DNA from: an uncultured delta proteobacterium
GTDB lineage: Bacteria > Myxococcota > Myxococcia > Myxococcales > Myxococcaceae
DNA: 64,000 nucleotides
Assembly: GCA_963771175.1 (NCBI GenBank)
Contig: CAVYSY010000030.1
Location: 128,001-192,000 of the forward strand
Reading direction: 5' to 3'
The notes beneath the pieces were generated by a model that saw only the letters and a list, made by a program, of their open reading frames with translations, was not told where the DNA came from and searched no databases. The translations under genes were made by a program, and so were the position numbers. The number at the start of each line of letters is the position of its first letter. Position 1 is the first letter of the stretch. This document shows positions 20,851 to 33,100 of this stretch, piece after piece.

Positions 20851-21734
20851 GGTCCTGCCTGTCCTGCTCGGCCTGCTCATGCCGCTGCCGTTGGTGTGGC
20901 TGGGCTTCATCGCCCTCTCCGGAACCGGTGCGCAGGTGCCACTTCCCCGAGGCAAGACCCTCGTTCCCATGCTTTCGCCCGAGGAGCGCCTGCGCCTGTC
21001 CACCTATGAGCGGGATTGCGAGACGGACGCGGACTGCGAGCCGCAGCTCCGCTGCTCCTATGACGTGGGGACAGCGCGTGATTATTGCACGGACAGCAAG
21101 TGCACGGAGGACGAGCAGTGCCCGTACGGCTTCACCTGCGTCCCCCTGGAAGCCGAGAACGATAAGGATCTGGTGCGTGTCTGTTCGCTGCTGGGGGTGC
21201 GGAAGGAGGGAGAGCTTTGCGAACTGCCGCCCTCGAAGCGAGAAGACGGCTGTGCGCAGGGGCTCTTCTGTCAAGGCTTCTGTGGCCGTCCGTGTTGGAT
21301 GGACGGGCCTGAGTGTCCTGAAGGGTTCTTCTGCCATGAGGGTTCCAATGGCTCGTCGTGCCTTCCCTCCTGTGAGGGTCGTGCTTGCCCGGAGGGACAG
21401 CGGTGCGTGGCGCTGTCGGCGGAAGGCGGCGTCCGTCTGCATGAAGATTCATGGACAGGACTGCGAGCGCACCCCCTGTGCCGAGGGACTGTACTGCACG
21501 CGGAACGCCTACCCGGATGCTCCGGGTGAAATCTGGATGGAGTGTCTGCGAGGGTGTGGCGGCGAGAGCGATCCGCCCTGTCCCGAGGGCTCGGTCTGCT
21601 TTCTCTTCCAGTGCCGCAAGGCGTGTGACCCCGAGGAGCGCTCGGTGTGTGGCGAGGGCTTCAAGTGTGGTCGCAACCATCCCAGCATGCCCTGGGCCTG
21701 CGTGCCCGGCAGCACCTCCAAGGACGAGAACTGA
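20837..21734 (+). CDS. Membrane-anchored/exported Cys-rich repeat protein (frameshift at ~21420)
   Basis: Hydrophobic N-terminus; repeated CETDADC, CPYGFTC, CPEGFFC, CPEGQRC, CPEGSVC units across two frames. Confidence 0.75.
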
Positions 21735-21754
21735 CGTCCCGGTGGGACTCCCCT

Positions 21755-21770
21755 TGTAAACGCCTTTACA
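21755..21770. promoter_or_regulatory. AT-rich inverted repeat TGTAAA-N4-TTTACA, candidate operator upstream of the pseudokinase
   Basis: Read directly; stands out against the high-GC background. Confidence 0.4.
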
Positions 21771-21926
21771 GGGCACGCCGCATTCACAGCGCGAAAGTGG
21801 CTGTGCGTGACCCGCCAGGTCCTTACAGGAAGCGTGACTCCGAGAGTAACCTTTCTCCGCCTTCACCCGGCCTGTTCCGTGGCGGAAGCTGGCCATCATC
21901 CCCCGAAGGCAGGAGGGTTGCCGCGC

Positions 21927-23078
21927 ATGGAGTCCCCCACCCATTTCCGGAAGCAGACCGCGCGGGGCAAGGAGGCCACGGACCGGGTTCTCTTCTCCAA
22001 CGAGGACACCGAATTCCTGGTCGTCTGGCGCATGGACCACAGGCCGCACGGGCTGCTGCGCTACCTGGTCCGCCCGCGCACCTGTCAGCGTGTCGGCGGG
22101 TTGATGGAGGCGGACATGTTGCCTTCCCACGCGCCCCACGAGGCGCACCTGCGTCTGGTGGAGGAGTCGCGGCTCGTCTCGCTCCTCGCGCACCCGGCCA
22201 TCGTCCGCGTCTACGGATTGCACGAGTCCGAGGGCACGGTCTTCCTCCTCAAGGAGCATGTCGAGGGCTGCAACCTGGATACGGTCACCAGCCTGGGGGT
22301 GCTGCGGAGACGGCGCATGAGCGAGGCCTTCTGCCTGTACGTCGGCGGCGAGGTGGCCGGGGCGCTGCACGCCGCGCACACCGCGAGGGATGCGGAGGGC
22401 CGTCCGCTGGGTCTGCTCCACCGCGCCGTGAGCCCGAGCTGCATCCGTGTCGGACTGAAGGGACAGGTGAAGCTGACGGACTTCGCCTCGGCGTACTCGC
22501 TGCTTCCCGGACGCTTGGGGACTCCGAAGGGGTTGGTGCCGGGGGAGATTGATTACGCCGCTCCGGAGCGCTTGCTGAAGCGAGGCACGGACGTCGGGGA
22601 TGCCCGGGCGGACGTCTTCTCGCTGGGCGTGGTGCTGCTGGAACTGCTGACGGGTTGGAACCTCTATGGCCTGGAGGCCGTGGAGCGGGCGGCGCGGGGA
22701 GCGCGGCGCGTGCTCAAGGCGCGGGCCAGGGCGAGGTCGGAGCTGCCGAGCTGGGCCTCGGTCAAGGAGATGGCCCGGCTCGCCTCCTCCTTCCGCCCGG
22801 AGCACGTGGAGGCCGCCATGTGGGGAGTGTCAGCGCCCGTGAGGATCGTCATCCACAAGGCCCTGCGCGCGGATCCCGCCGAGCGATATGCGACCGCGGC
22901 GGAGTTGCAGGCCCACCTCCAGCAGTGCCTGCGCGCGCGGCGCGATCCCTATGGCGCGGAGCAGGCCGCGCGAGAGCTCATGGTCGCACGCACGGAGGCA
23001 GAGGCCTCGCCCGAGCGGGAGACCGCCGGCCTTTTGGAATGGGGCATCTTCGCCGAGGACGTGCCCCGGCATTCGTGA
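21927..23078 (+). CDS. Ser/Thr kinase-like protein, probable pseudokinase
   Basis: LAHPAIVRV, HRAVSPSCI in place of HRD, TDFA, YAAPE, ADVFSLGVVLLELLTG; no Gly-rich loop or VAIK; GGAGG RBS. Confidence 0.82.
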   Translation: MESPTHFRKQTARGKEATDRVLFSNEDTEFLVVWRMDHRPHGLLRYLVRPRTCQRVGGLMEADMLPSHAPHEAHLRLVEESRLVSLLAHPAIVRVYGLHESEGTVFLLKEHVEGCNLDTVTSLGVLRRRRMSEAFCLYVGGEVAGALHAAHTARDAEGRPLGLLHRAVSPSCIRVGLKGQVKLTDFASAYSLLPGRLGTPKGLVPGEIDYAAPERLLKRGTDVGDARADVFSLGVVLLELLTGWNLYGLEAVERAARGARRVLKARARARSELPSWASVKEMARLASSFRPEHVEAAMWGVSAPVRIVIHKALRADPAERYATAAELQAHLQQCLRARRDPYGAEQAARELMVARTEAEASPERETAGLLEWGIFAEDVPRHS

Positions 23079-23117
23079 GCGGGCCGCGCGGCCAGGTCTT
23101 CCCAGTACCTGGGCACG

Positions 23118-23168
23118 AAAAAAGCGGGGAGGGAACACCGACCCTGATGGGTCCGCGTCCCTCCCCGC
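23118..23168 (-). terminator. Rho-independent terminator for the 23200-23870 gene
   Basis: 11-bp stem GCGGGGAGGGA/TCCCTCCCCGC followed by T6 on the minus strand. Confidence 0.75.
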
Positions 23169-23199
23169 CCGTGACGTCACCTCATGTTGAGGTGTGGTG

Positions 23200-23870
23200 C
23201 TACTTCGCCGCCAGGGAGGGCTGGGCCTCCATGCCCTCCTGGAGCGCCGTCATGAGCCGCGCCATCTCCGACATCGGCACGTCCTGCAAGCTGACGAGCG
23301 TCTTGCCGCCCTCGTTGCGCGCGGTGAAGCGGACTCTCGCCACCCCGTTGAAGTTCCGGAAGAGGCTGTCCTCGAAGAACAGGAGCCGCGCCTGGTCCGG
23401 CACGGGCACCCGCACCCGGGCGGGGCCTTCTTGGCCCGCGTGGCCCGCTCCACCTCGTCCACGCTGCACTCGGCGAAGGTCTTCGTCACCACCTTGCCGT
23501 CCTCCTGCGGTACGTCGATCATCACGGTGCTCGGATCCGGGCCCAGGACGGTGCCGGTTGCCTCCACGTAACGGAGGAGGGCTCGCAGGCCGTACACGCC
23601 GTACTGCGTGCAGACGGCTTCCGTGAAGCTTCGGGCCACGGCGCCGTACACGGTCAGGGTGGACTGCGAGACCGCCTTCACGCGCTTGCTGAAGTAGTCC
23701 TGGGCGGTCTTGTACCCGGCCAGCTCCGGCAGCTTCCGATCCACCACGTAGTTGTACAGCGTGCCGATCTGGTGCGCGGCGGTGTTCCCTTGCCTGAGCA
23801 GCCCGACCATGGTGTCCGTGGCCTGCTCCAGCGTCATGTCGGTGCCGATGGCCTGTCGAATCACTACCAT
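23200..23870 (-). CDS. Conserved-looking myxobacterial helical protein, putative DNA-binding (frameshift at ~23420)
   Basis: HQIGTLYNYVVDRKL...AGYKTAQDYFSKRVKAVSQSTL; C-terminus RVRVPVPDQARLLFF...PSLAAK* in a second frame; GAGG RBS. Confidence 0.7.
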
Positions 23871-24034
23871 ATGTCTTACCCCCTCGTTTTGTTGTTGAAC
23901 CGCGTTGAATGCGGCGAGCATGGACATGGCAGGATGCGGGCCAAGGACGGGTGGTCCCTGGTTTCAGATACTTACGTGTCGGGCATGCTCCTTTGGGGTC
24001 CACCCCGTGCTGGACCATCCGGCATTTGAGACGG

Positions 24035-24058
24035 TCACTCGTTGACGTCAACGAGTGA
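24035..24058. repeat. Perfect 24-bp palindrome TCACTCGTTGACGTCAACGAGTGA, copy 3
   Basis: 24034-24057 is identical to 17311-17334. Confidence 0.97.
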
Positions 24059-24197
24059 GGGGGCCTGCAGACGAGGGGCCTGCTCTTCCGCCAGGTGGAA
24101 GACGCCGCGTCGCCTGCCCTCCGGCCGGGGGAACAGCAAAAATTCCGGGGGCTTAGGTCGCGTGGTAACTTCGGGTGCTCTTTAGAAGCCCCCGCAG

Positions 24198-27100
24198 ATG
24201 GCCACCGACAGCGACTCCCCCAAGCCCGCGTCCGAAGCGCAAGCCGCAACCCCCGAGCTGCGCCTGTTGGATCGTCGCGCCTTCGTGGGGTTTCCGCCCC
24301 TCGAGCTGGCGCCGGGTCTGTCCATCGCGGACTTCGCGCTGCAGATTCCGGACGTCTCCTTCCCCTTCAACGTCAGCTCGGGCGCCTCGCGCTACCAGCG
24401 CAAGAAGCTCCTCTTCGGCTTCCTGGAGCTGCACGTCGACGCGGACCTGGTGGCGCGCAAGGTGGCGGAGCTCGCCGGGCGCGTGGCGGGCCTCGAGGGG
24501 CTGAAGCTGCACTTCCGCCCCGGCTACCTGGAGGGCCAGGCCTTCCTCCAGGCCCCGGAGCGCACCCCGCTCACCTTCAAGGTGGCCTTCGACGCCGACG
24601 GGGAGCGGCTCGCCCTCTACCTCTACGACGTGCGCCTGTACGGCTTCGCCTCCACGCCGTCGGTGCAGGTGCCCGGGCTCCTCGCCACCACCGTGGCCGA
24701 GCTGGGCCTGCTGCCCGAGGTGGAGGTGCGCGGCGCCACCGGCTTCTCCACCCGCGTGCTGCCCGCGCTCTGCCAGAAGGCCGCCGTCAGCCGGGGCTTC
24801 AAGATGCCGACGCTCGACACCGCGCGCCTCTCCTCCGCCGAGGTGAGCAGCGCGGGTCTGCGTCTGCGCTTCTCCTCTGGAGGCCTGCCGCCGCCGGCTC
24901 CGCCCGACGAGGAGCTGCTGCTGGCCCTCGAGGGCGCTCGCGCCTTCGCCGATGCCGAGGCCCTCATCGCCCAGGGGCGGCTCGCCGAGGCGCGCGAGGC
25001 CTACCTCCAGGCCGGGGACGCCCAGGACGCCCACCCCTTCGCCGCCGAGCGTCTGCTGTCGCTGCTCGTGGCGGACCCGCAGGCGCACGATCTCGCCCTG
25101 GACCTCGCGGCCACGCTGCTGCGCCGCCGCGAGAAGAGCCCCGCCGCCCTCTGGGGCGAGGCCGTGGTGCGTGAACGCCGTGGTGAGCACGCCCGCTCCG
25201 CCGAGCGTTTCCTCGCCCTGTGTGCCCTGTCGCGCCGTGCCTCCGAGGAGGCCGCCGCCTTCTTCTCCGCCGAGGCCGCCGCTCGCGCCGCCCGCGACCA
25301 CGCGCCCCAGGTGGCGGTGAAGGCCCTCCACGAGGTGCTCGGCCTCAAGCCGGACCACCTGCCTTCCCTCAAGGCCCTCGCGCGCGCCTCGGACCAGAGC
25401 CGCGACCGCGCCGGTGCCGTGCGCGCCTACCGCCGCATCGCCGCGCTCGCGAGAGACCCCGCCGAGGCCGCGGATGCACACGTTCACCTCGCGCGCCTGT
25501 GCGCCCAGACGGAGGACGACGTCGCCGGCGCCCGCCTGCACTGCGAGGCCGCGCTGCGCCTCTCGCCGGACCAGCCGGATGCGCTGCTGCTGCTCGGTGA
25601 GCTGTGCCACCGCGGCGGCGAGCACCTGCGCGCCCTCAAGGCCCTGGACCGCCTGCGCGAGGTGGCCATGGCCCGCCACGAGCTCGACCGGGTGGGCCGC
25701 GCCAACCTCATGGCCGGCCGCATCTGGGAGCAGGGCCTCCAGCAGCCGGACAACGCGCTGCTGCGCTACCGCGAGGCCGTGTCGCTGCTGCCCGGCGAGC
25801 CCGAGCCCCTCTTCGCCACCGCGCGCGTGGCCGAGGCCCTGGGCAAGCTGCAGGAGGCGCTTTCCGGCTACCAGCAGGCGCTGGAGCTCGCCGGCCCCGC
25901 CCCGCGCTCCGAGTCCGTCCGCGAGGCCGCGCACCAGAGCCACCACGCCCTGGCTCGCCTGTACCGCACGAAGCTCGGAGACCCCGCCCGCGCCCGCGAG
26001 CACCTCGAGGCCGCGCTCGCGTTGGACCCGCGCGACACCGCCGCGCTCGACGAGCTGATTCCCTACTTCCGCGCCACCGGCCGGGCCCAGGAACTCGCCG
26101 AGGCGCTGGAGAAGGCCGCCGCCGTCCACGAGGAGCCCGGCCGCCGCGCCGTCCTCTGGGCCGAGGCCGGTGAGCTGTTCCGCGGCCGCCTGCAGCAGCC
26201 CGAGAAGGCCGAGCGCCTCCTCACCTCCGCGCTGGAGGCCGACCCGGACTACCAGCCCGCGCTGGAGTCCATGCTCGCGCTCGCCGAGGCGCGCCGCGAT
26301 GGAGGGCTGCTCACCCGGTGCCTCTCCGCCCTCGCGCGCCTCACCCCCGAGCCCAAGGAGCGCGCGCAGAAGTACCGCCGCCTCGCCGTGGCCGCGCGCG
26401 ACCTCGCCTTCGACCTGGACCTCGCCGCCACCGCCCTCCTGGAGGTGCTGAAGGCCGAGCCGGAGGACCTGCCCACCCTGGGCGAGTTGTGCGCCCTCCA
26501 ACGCAAGCGCTCGGACATGGCGGGCCTGGCCAGCGCCTTGGAGGAGCGGGCGCGCGTGGCCGAGGCGCAGGGCGACAAGCGGCTCGCGGCCGCGGCGCTG
26601 CGCGAGCTGTCCAATGTGCTGGAGGCCCGGCTGGGCCGCATCGGCGAGGCGCTGGTGTCCCTGGAGAAGGCCGCGCGCCTCTCCCCGGACCAGGCCGTGT
26701 TGCTGGAGCTGGCGGACCTCTCGCTGCGCTGCGAGCGTCCCGAGCACGCCCGGCGCGCGCTGGAGACGCTGCTGTCCACCCTGCCGCGCACCACCGCGCC
26801 CGAGCGTCTCGCCGACATCCGCTCGCGCCTGGGCCGCGCGTGCGAGCAGATAGGAGACCGCGAGGCCGCCATCGCCGCCTACGCCCAGGCCTTCCCGCTG
26901 CGCCGTCTCGATGACGCGCTCGCCTCCCGGCTGGAGGCCCTCTACACCGAGGCCGGTGAGACGCGTGAGCTGGCCGAGCTGTGGGCCTCGCGTGCCCAGG
27001 CCCTCGTCGCCGCCGAGCGCGCCGCCGAGGCCGCGCCCCTCTTCCTGCAGAGCGCCCGCGTCCTCCTGGAGCGCGGGGAGAAGGGCCCCGCCCTCCTGCG

Positions 27101-30100
27101 CCTGTCCGCCGCCCTCGACGCGAGCCCCTCGGGCCCGCTGGCCGCCGAGGTCCTCGACGCGCTCGCCGAGCTGGAGCTGGAGCGCGGGGAGAAGCTGGAG
27201 GCCGCCCGGCTCTTCGCGCGCAAGGCCTCGCTGGTGGCCGATGCGCGTGCCGGCGCGAAGCTCCTCTTCCGCGCCTCCGTGCTCGCCATGGGCACCAGCC
27301 GCGAGGAGGCCTTCCTCGCCGAGGCCCTGGAGCGCGATGCCTCCTTCGCCCCCGCGCGCATGCGCCGTGGCGAGCTGCGGTTGCAGGTGGACCCTCGCGC
27401 CGCCCTGGAGGACTTCGAGGCCGTGCTGGCGCTGCCTCCGGCGGACCCGGATGCGCTCCGCGAGGAGGAGCTGCTGGAGCTGACCCGTCGCGCCTCCTCC
27501 GCCGCGGTGCGCGCGGGCCGCTCGGACTCCGCTCGCCGCCTGCTGGCGCAGTACTGCGCCCTGGCTCCCGAGGACCTCGAGGCCCGGTTGGAGCTCGCCG
27601 GCCTGCACCGCAAGGCGGGCGCTCGCGAGCCGCTGGCGGACCTTCTCGCCACGCTGTGGCCGCGCCTCTCCGGTGACGCGCGCCGCTCCGCCCGCCGCGA
27701 GCTGACCGAGCTGTCCCTCGCCCTCGGCCGCACCGCCGAGGCCGCCGACGCCCTGCGCAGCCTCCTGGCCGAGGAGCCCCACGACGCGTGGGCCACCCAG
27801 TCCCTGCTGGAGCTGTTGCCTCCGCCGGGCACCGGCACCGTCCAGGAGGAGACCGAGCGCCTCGCGCTGCTGGGCACCCTCATCTCCGCCGCCGAGGGCG
27901 ATGCCCGCGCCGAGCTGCTCGCCCGCCGCGCCGCCCTCCACCGCAACGCCGGCCGCTCCCAGTCCGCGCGCGACGACTTCCTCGCGGCCACGAAGCTCGC
28001 CCGCCGTCCCGCGCCCCTGTGGCTCGCCCTCGCCGCGCTCGCCCGCGAGGCGGGGGACGACGTGGACGAGCTGCACGCGTGGCGCAACGTCGTCGCCTCC
28101 GAGCCCGAGCTGGCCGAGCGCGCCCGCGCGCGTCTGCTCGCGCTCGCCTCCGCGCTGGTGGAGAAGGACGCGCGCGCTCCGGCCCGCGAGGCCCTGCTCG
28201 CCGCCGTGGAGCTGCCGCTGTCCCCGGCCGAGCGCTGTGATGCCTTCTTCGCCCTCGCCACGCTCGAGCGCCGCGACGGGCAGGTGGCCGCCGAGGTGGA
28301 GGCGCTCGCCGAGGCCGCGCGCCAGGGCCCCACGCCTCGCCGGGTGGAGGCGCTGCTGGTGCGCGCGAGCCTGCTCGAGAAGGCCGGGGACCTCTCCGGG
28401 TCCGCCGCCAGCCTGGAGGCCGCGCTCTCCCTCGCCCCGCGCCATGCCGGTGCCACCACCGCGCTCCAGCGCGTGCTGCGGGACATGGAGGACTGGGCCC
28501 GCCTCGCCGATGCTGCTCGCCGCCGAGGCCCCGCACGCTCCTCCCGCCGAGGCCGCCGCCCTCTACGCGGAGCTGGGCACCCTCCACCTGGAGCGTCTGG
28601 AGCAGCCCGAGGCCGCCGAGGCCGCGCTGCGGCAGGCGGTGCGTCTGGCACCCGGCGGACCTCGTGGTGCGCCGCCGGCTCGTGGCGCTCGTCGCGGACC
28701 GGGGGGACTTCGCCGAGGCCTCGAAGCTCCTCGACGTCGGCACAGGGGACATCGCTCCCGCCGAGGCCGCCGCCCTCCTGCGCGAGGGTTCCGCCCACGC
28801 CCGCTCCGCCGGGGACATGGCACGCGCCCTCGACATGGCCCGCCGCGCCCATGCGCTCGTCCCCGCTCGGGACGCGCAGCTCTCCGAGCTGGCCGAGCTC
28901 CTCTTCCTGCACGGCGACGTGAAGGAGGCGATGCCCCTTCAGGAGCAGCTCGCCGCCGCCGCCGACTTCGCCACCGAGCCCGAGCGCGCCGAGAAGGCCT
29001 GGCTGCGCCTGGGAGCGCTCGCGGAGAAGCTCGGGGACGCCCGGCGCGCGGTGTCCGCCTACAAGCGGCTCCTCGCCGAGCGCCCGCTGAACGAGGTGGC
29101 CGTGCAGCGCCTCGCCGCGCTGCTGGAGAAGGACGAGCCCCGCGCCGCCTTCGACGTGCTCGTCTCCCACGCGCGCGCCCTGCCTCCCTCCGAGGACACC
29201 GCCCAGCGGCTCGTCTTGCTCTCGGAGCGCGCCCGGGACTCCCTGGCCGACTCCACCCTCGCCGCCACCCTGCTGGCTCGCGCGGCGGAGATGGCCGCCG
29301 GAGCCGCTGCCGCTGCACCAGTCGCTCGCCGACCTCTACCGTGACGCGGGCCGCGTCCCCGAGCTGATGGCCCAGCTCCAGGTGGTGGCCGCGCTCTGCC
29401 AGGAGACGGGAGACACCGACGGCGCCATCGACGCTTGCGCGGAACACGCGCGTCTGGCCGAGGAAGCCGGCCGCGTGGACGAGTCCCTGCGCTCGCTGGA
29501 GGCTCTGCGCTTCCTCCTGGAGGAAGCGGGCCGCGTGGACGAGGCCGCCGACCACGAGCGCCACCGCGCGGAGATGCTGCGCGACGCGAAGCTGGACCTG
29601 CCCGCCGCCGAGGCCGCGCTGGAGCGGGCCTTCGCGCTGTCCGCGCAGCTCGACACGGCGCGCATGGGCATCGAGCTGGCCGCTCGCCGGGACGACACCG
29701 TCGCCGAGGCCCGCTGGCTGGAGCGCGCCCTGCCGCTGCTGCCCGTCACGAGCGAGCAGGCCACGTCGCTGCTGCGGCTGGCGAAGCTCCACCTCGACGT
29801 GCTGGAGGAGTCCGGCAAGGCCGAGGGCTTCCTGCGCGAGGCGCTCCGCCACGACCGCTCCCTCGAGGAGGCCGAGACGCTCCTGTGCGAGCTGCTCGAG
29901 CGCGAGGGCCGGGTGGCGGAGCTGGCCGCCTGGTTCGAGGAGTCCGCCTCGCTGGAGGAGGACCCCTCCCGCCGCGCGCAACTGCTGCTGCGCGCCGCCA
30001 CCCTCTACCGTGAGCGCGCCGGGCGCCCGGAGGCCGCCGTCATCGCGCTGCTCGCCGCGCGCTCCGCGCTGCCGGATGACCTGGGCCTCACCCGCCAGGC

Positions 30101-33100
30101 GGCGGACCTGCTCCACGAGCTGGGCCGTGCCGAGGACGCCGCCGAGTTCGACGCCCTCCTGCTGGAGGCGGACCCCTTCCGGGAGCCCGTCTACTCGCGC
30201 CACCGCGCCTTCCTCACCGACGTCGGGCGACCACCAGTCGCTCGCCGCGCTGATGCTCCGCCGTGCCCAGCGGCAGCCGCCCGTCGAGGCCGCCGAGAGC
30301 TACCTCGCCGCCGCCAGGGCCTTCCGCGAGGCCGGTGCGCTGGAGCGCGCGCTGCTGTGCGAGGACCAGGCCTTCGAGCTCGCCCCCTCCAGCGCCGAGG
30401 CCTTCCACCTGCTGCGCGCCCGCGCCGCCGGGGACGTGCGCCGTCTCGCGGAGCTGCTCGCCCTGCGCGCCGCCGCCGTGCCGCCCGAGCAGGCCCTGCC
30501 GCTGCTGCGCGAGCGCGCGGACTCGCTGCTGAAGGCGGGGGAAGCCCTGCTCGCCGCCCAGGCCTTCGACGACTACCTCGCCAAGGCGGGGGATGACACG
30601 GACGTGCTGGCCACTCGCGCCGAGCTGGCCGCCGAGGGCGGTGGCCCCAACGCGGCCCAGCCGTACGACCGGCGCCTGCTCGCCGCGGGCGGTGAGTCGC
30701 TCCCCGTCCCGGTGCGCGTGCGCACGCACCTGCGGCTCGGCCATGCCTCGCTGTCCTCCGGCGCGTATCGCGACGCCGCGGAGTCCTTCGAGGCCGTGGT
30801 GACGCTCGACCCCGAGGGCGAGCGCGGACAGGAAGCGCTGTCCCTCCTCTCCGAGGTGTACGGCCGCACCGGCAACACCCAGGGCCTCTACCGGGCCTCG
30901 CTGAAGCTCGCGCGCAAGGCGGACGCCCCCACGGCCGAGGTGCTGTACCGCCGCGCCGCCGACCTCTTCGAGGACCCGAGGGACTCCATCGACGCGCTGC
31001 TCCACCTGGCGCGCCTGCGTCCCGCGGATGCCAGCGTCATCGACCGGGCCGTGGAGGGCCTGCGTGCCCTGAGTCGCCCCGCGGACCTGCTCGCCGTCTA
31101 CGAGGCGGGGGCACAGGCCGCCGGGGGCGCTCGCGCCGCGGAGCTGTTGCTGGCCGCCGCCGACGTCGCCGCGGCCCAGCTCGATGACCCCCAGCGCGCC
31201 ACGGCCCTCCGGGAGCGCGCGGCCGATGCGGACCCGTCCAACGTGGTCGCGCTCCGCGCCCGGGTGGAGGGCCTGCGCCAGACGGGTGACTCGGCCCGGT
31301 TGCTGGAGTCGCTCGAGCGGCTGGTGTCGCTGACGGAGGACGAGGACGAGGCCTCCCTCCTGCGCCTGGAGCTGGCCTCCCTGGCGAGTGCCGCCGGCCG
31401 TCAGCCGCTCGCCCGCGAGTCGCTGGAGGCGGTGGTGGCCCGTGGTGCCTCCGGTGCCGGTTACGCCGAGGCGCTGGAGGCCCTGGAGCCGCTGCTCGCG
31501 GAGGAGCCGGACCGCCTCGCCGAGGTGCGGCTGGCCCGGGCGGAGCTGCTCCCCAACTCGGATCGCCGGGAGCTGCTGCTGTCGGCGGCGCGCGACTTCG
31601 AGTCCGCCGGCCATCTCCCGGAGGCGTTGCGCGCGGCCCGTGCCGCCGTCTCCGTCGAGCCGGACGTGGAGTCGCTGCGGCTGGTGGCCCGGCTGCACCA
31701 GGCGTCCAACGAGCCCGGTCGCGCGGCCCAGTCGCTGCTGCAGGCGGCTCGACTCGCGTACTCCGCCCAGAGGCCGGCGCTGCTGCTGGAGGCGGCGGAC
31801 CTGTGGGAGTCCGCGGGCGAGCGTGGCGAGGCCCTCGAGGTGGTGGAGCGTCTGGCCACGGAGGCCCCGGGCACGCTGGGCCCGGCGGAGCTGTCCGAGC
31901 GCTTCCACCGGCTGGGCGCCTCCGCGCGTGCCGTCGAGGTGGGCTTCGGGCCCATGCTCGAGTCCGGGGATGCGGCGGGGGCGCTCGCGCTCGCCGAGCG
32001 GGCCGGGGATGCGGACCGGGTCCGTCAGGCGCTCTGGGCGCTGGTGGCGCGGCCGGACGCGGAGGCTTCGCGCGTCACGGACCTGGCCGAGGGCCTGCGC
32101 GCCGAGGACGACTGGGTGGGGCTGATGCGGCTGGCGGACCTGCTCGCGCAGTGGGACGCCCCCTCGGCCACGGACCTGCGGGACGAGGTGCTGCGCGCGG
32201 AGGGCATCGCCCCCGAGCTGCGCCTGCGGGCCCTGGAAGCTCTCGCGACGGCGCCGGCCTTCTCCGAGCGCCTGTTCAGCCTGTTGCCGGGACTCTCTGG
32301 CTACCCGGAGCCGCTCGCCGAGGCGGTGCTCACCCACGTCCGGGCCCTGCCGGTGGAGGAGCGCATCGAGGCCCTGTCCGAGGCGGCGGATGGCTGGCCG
32401 GAGCGGCGTGGCAAGCTGCTGCGCGAGCGCTTCCGGCTGCAGCGTGACGGGGGCGACACGGCGGGCGCGGCGGAGACGCTGGGCCTGCTCATCCTGCTCG
32501 AGACGGACCCCAAGGCCCGTGCCGGCCTCCACGTGGAGCATGGCGACATGCTGATGTGGGCGGGCGACAAGGCTCGCGCGCAGGAGGCCTTCGAGAAGGC
32601 ACTCGAGGACGCTCCGGGGACGGTGCGCGCGCTGGAGTTCCTGCTGCCCATCTACGAGGAGACGCGCGACCATGCGCGCTTCGTGATGGCGGCGGAGCAG
32701 CTCGCGTCGATTCTCGCCGGCCCGGCCGCGATGGGGCTGTGGCGCGAGCGTCTCGCGGAGGCCTACGAGGCTCTCGGCCGGCTGGCGGAGGCCTCCGAGC
32801 AGCTCAAGCTGTTGCCGGAGACGCCGGAGCGGCTGGAGCACCGCGTGCGCATCGCCGAGGCCCAGGGCCTCACGGGCGAGGCGCTGCAACTGCGCGAGCG
32901 CCTCACCGAGGACCCCGCGCAGCTCGAGGCCATCCTCCGCCAGTACCTGGATGCGCAGTTGGTGGTGTTCGCGGTGCGCCTGGCCGAGCGGCTCTACCAG
33001 GCGGGCCAGCTCTCGCCGGAGGCGAAGCGACTGGTGGCGGAGCGGCTGTCGCCCACCTACCAGGGGGCGGCGCTGGCCATCCACCTGTGGCCCGAGCTGC

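Noticed and set aside
23171..23194. GTGACGTCAC (and TGACGTC at ~16454) as further copies of the island palindrome
   Set aside because: Only the 7-8 bp core matches; it lies beside terminator hairpins and could be chance.
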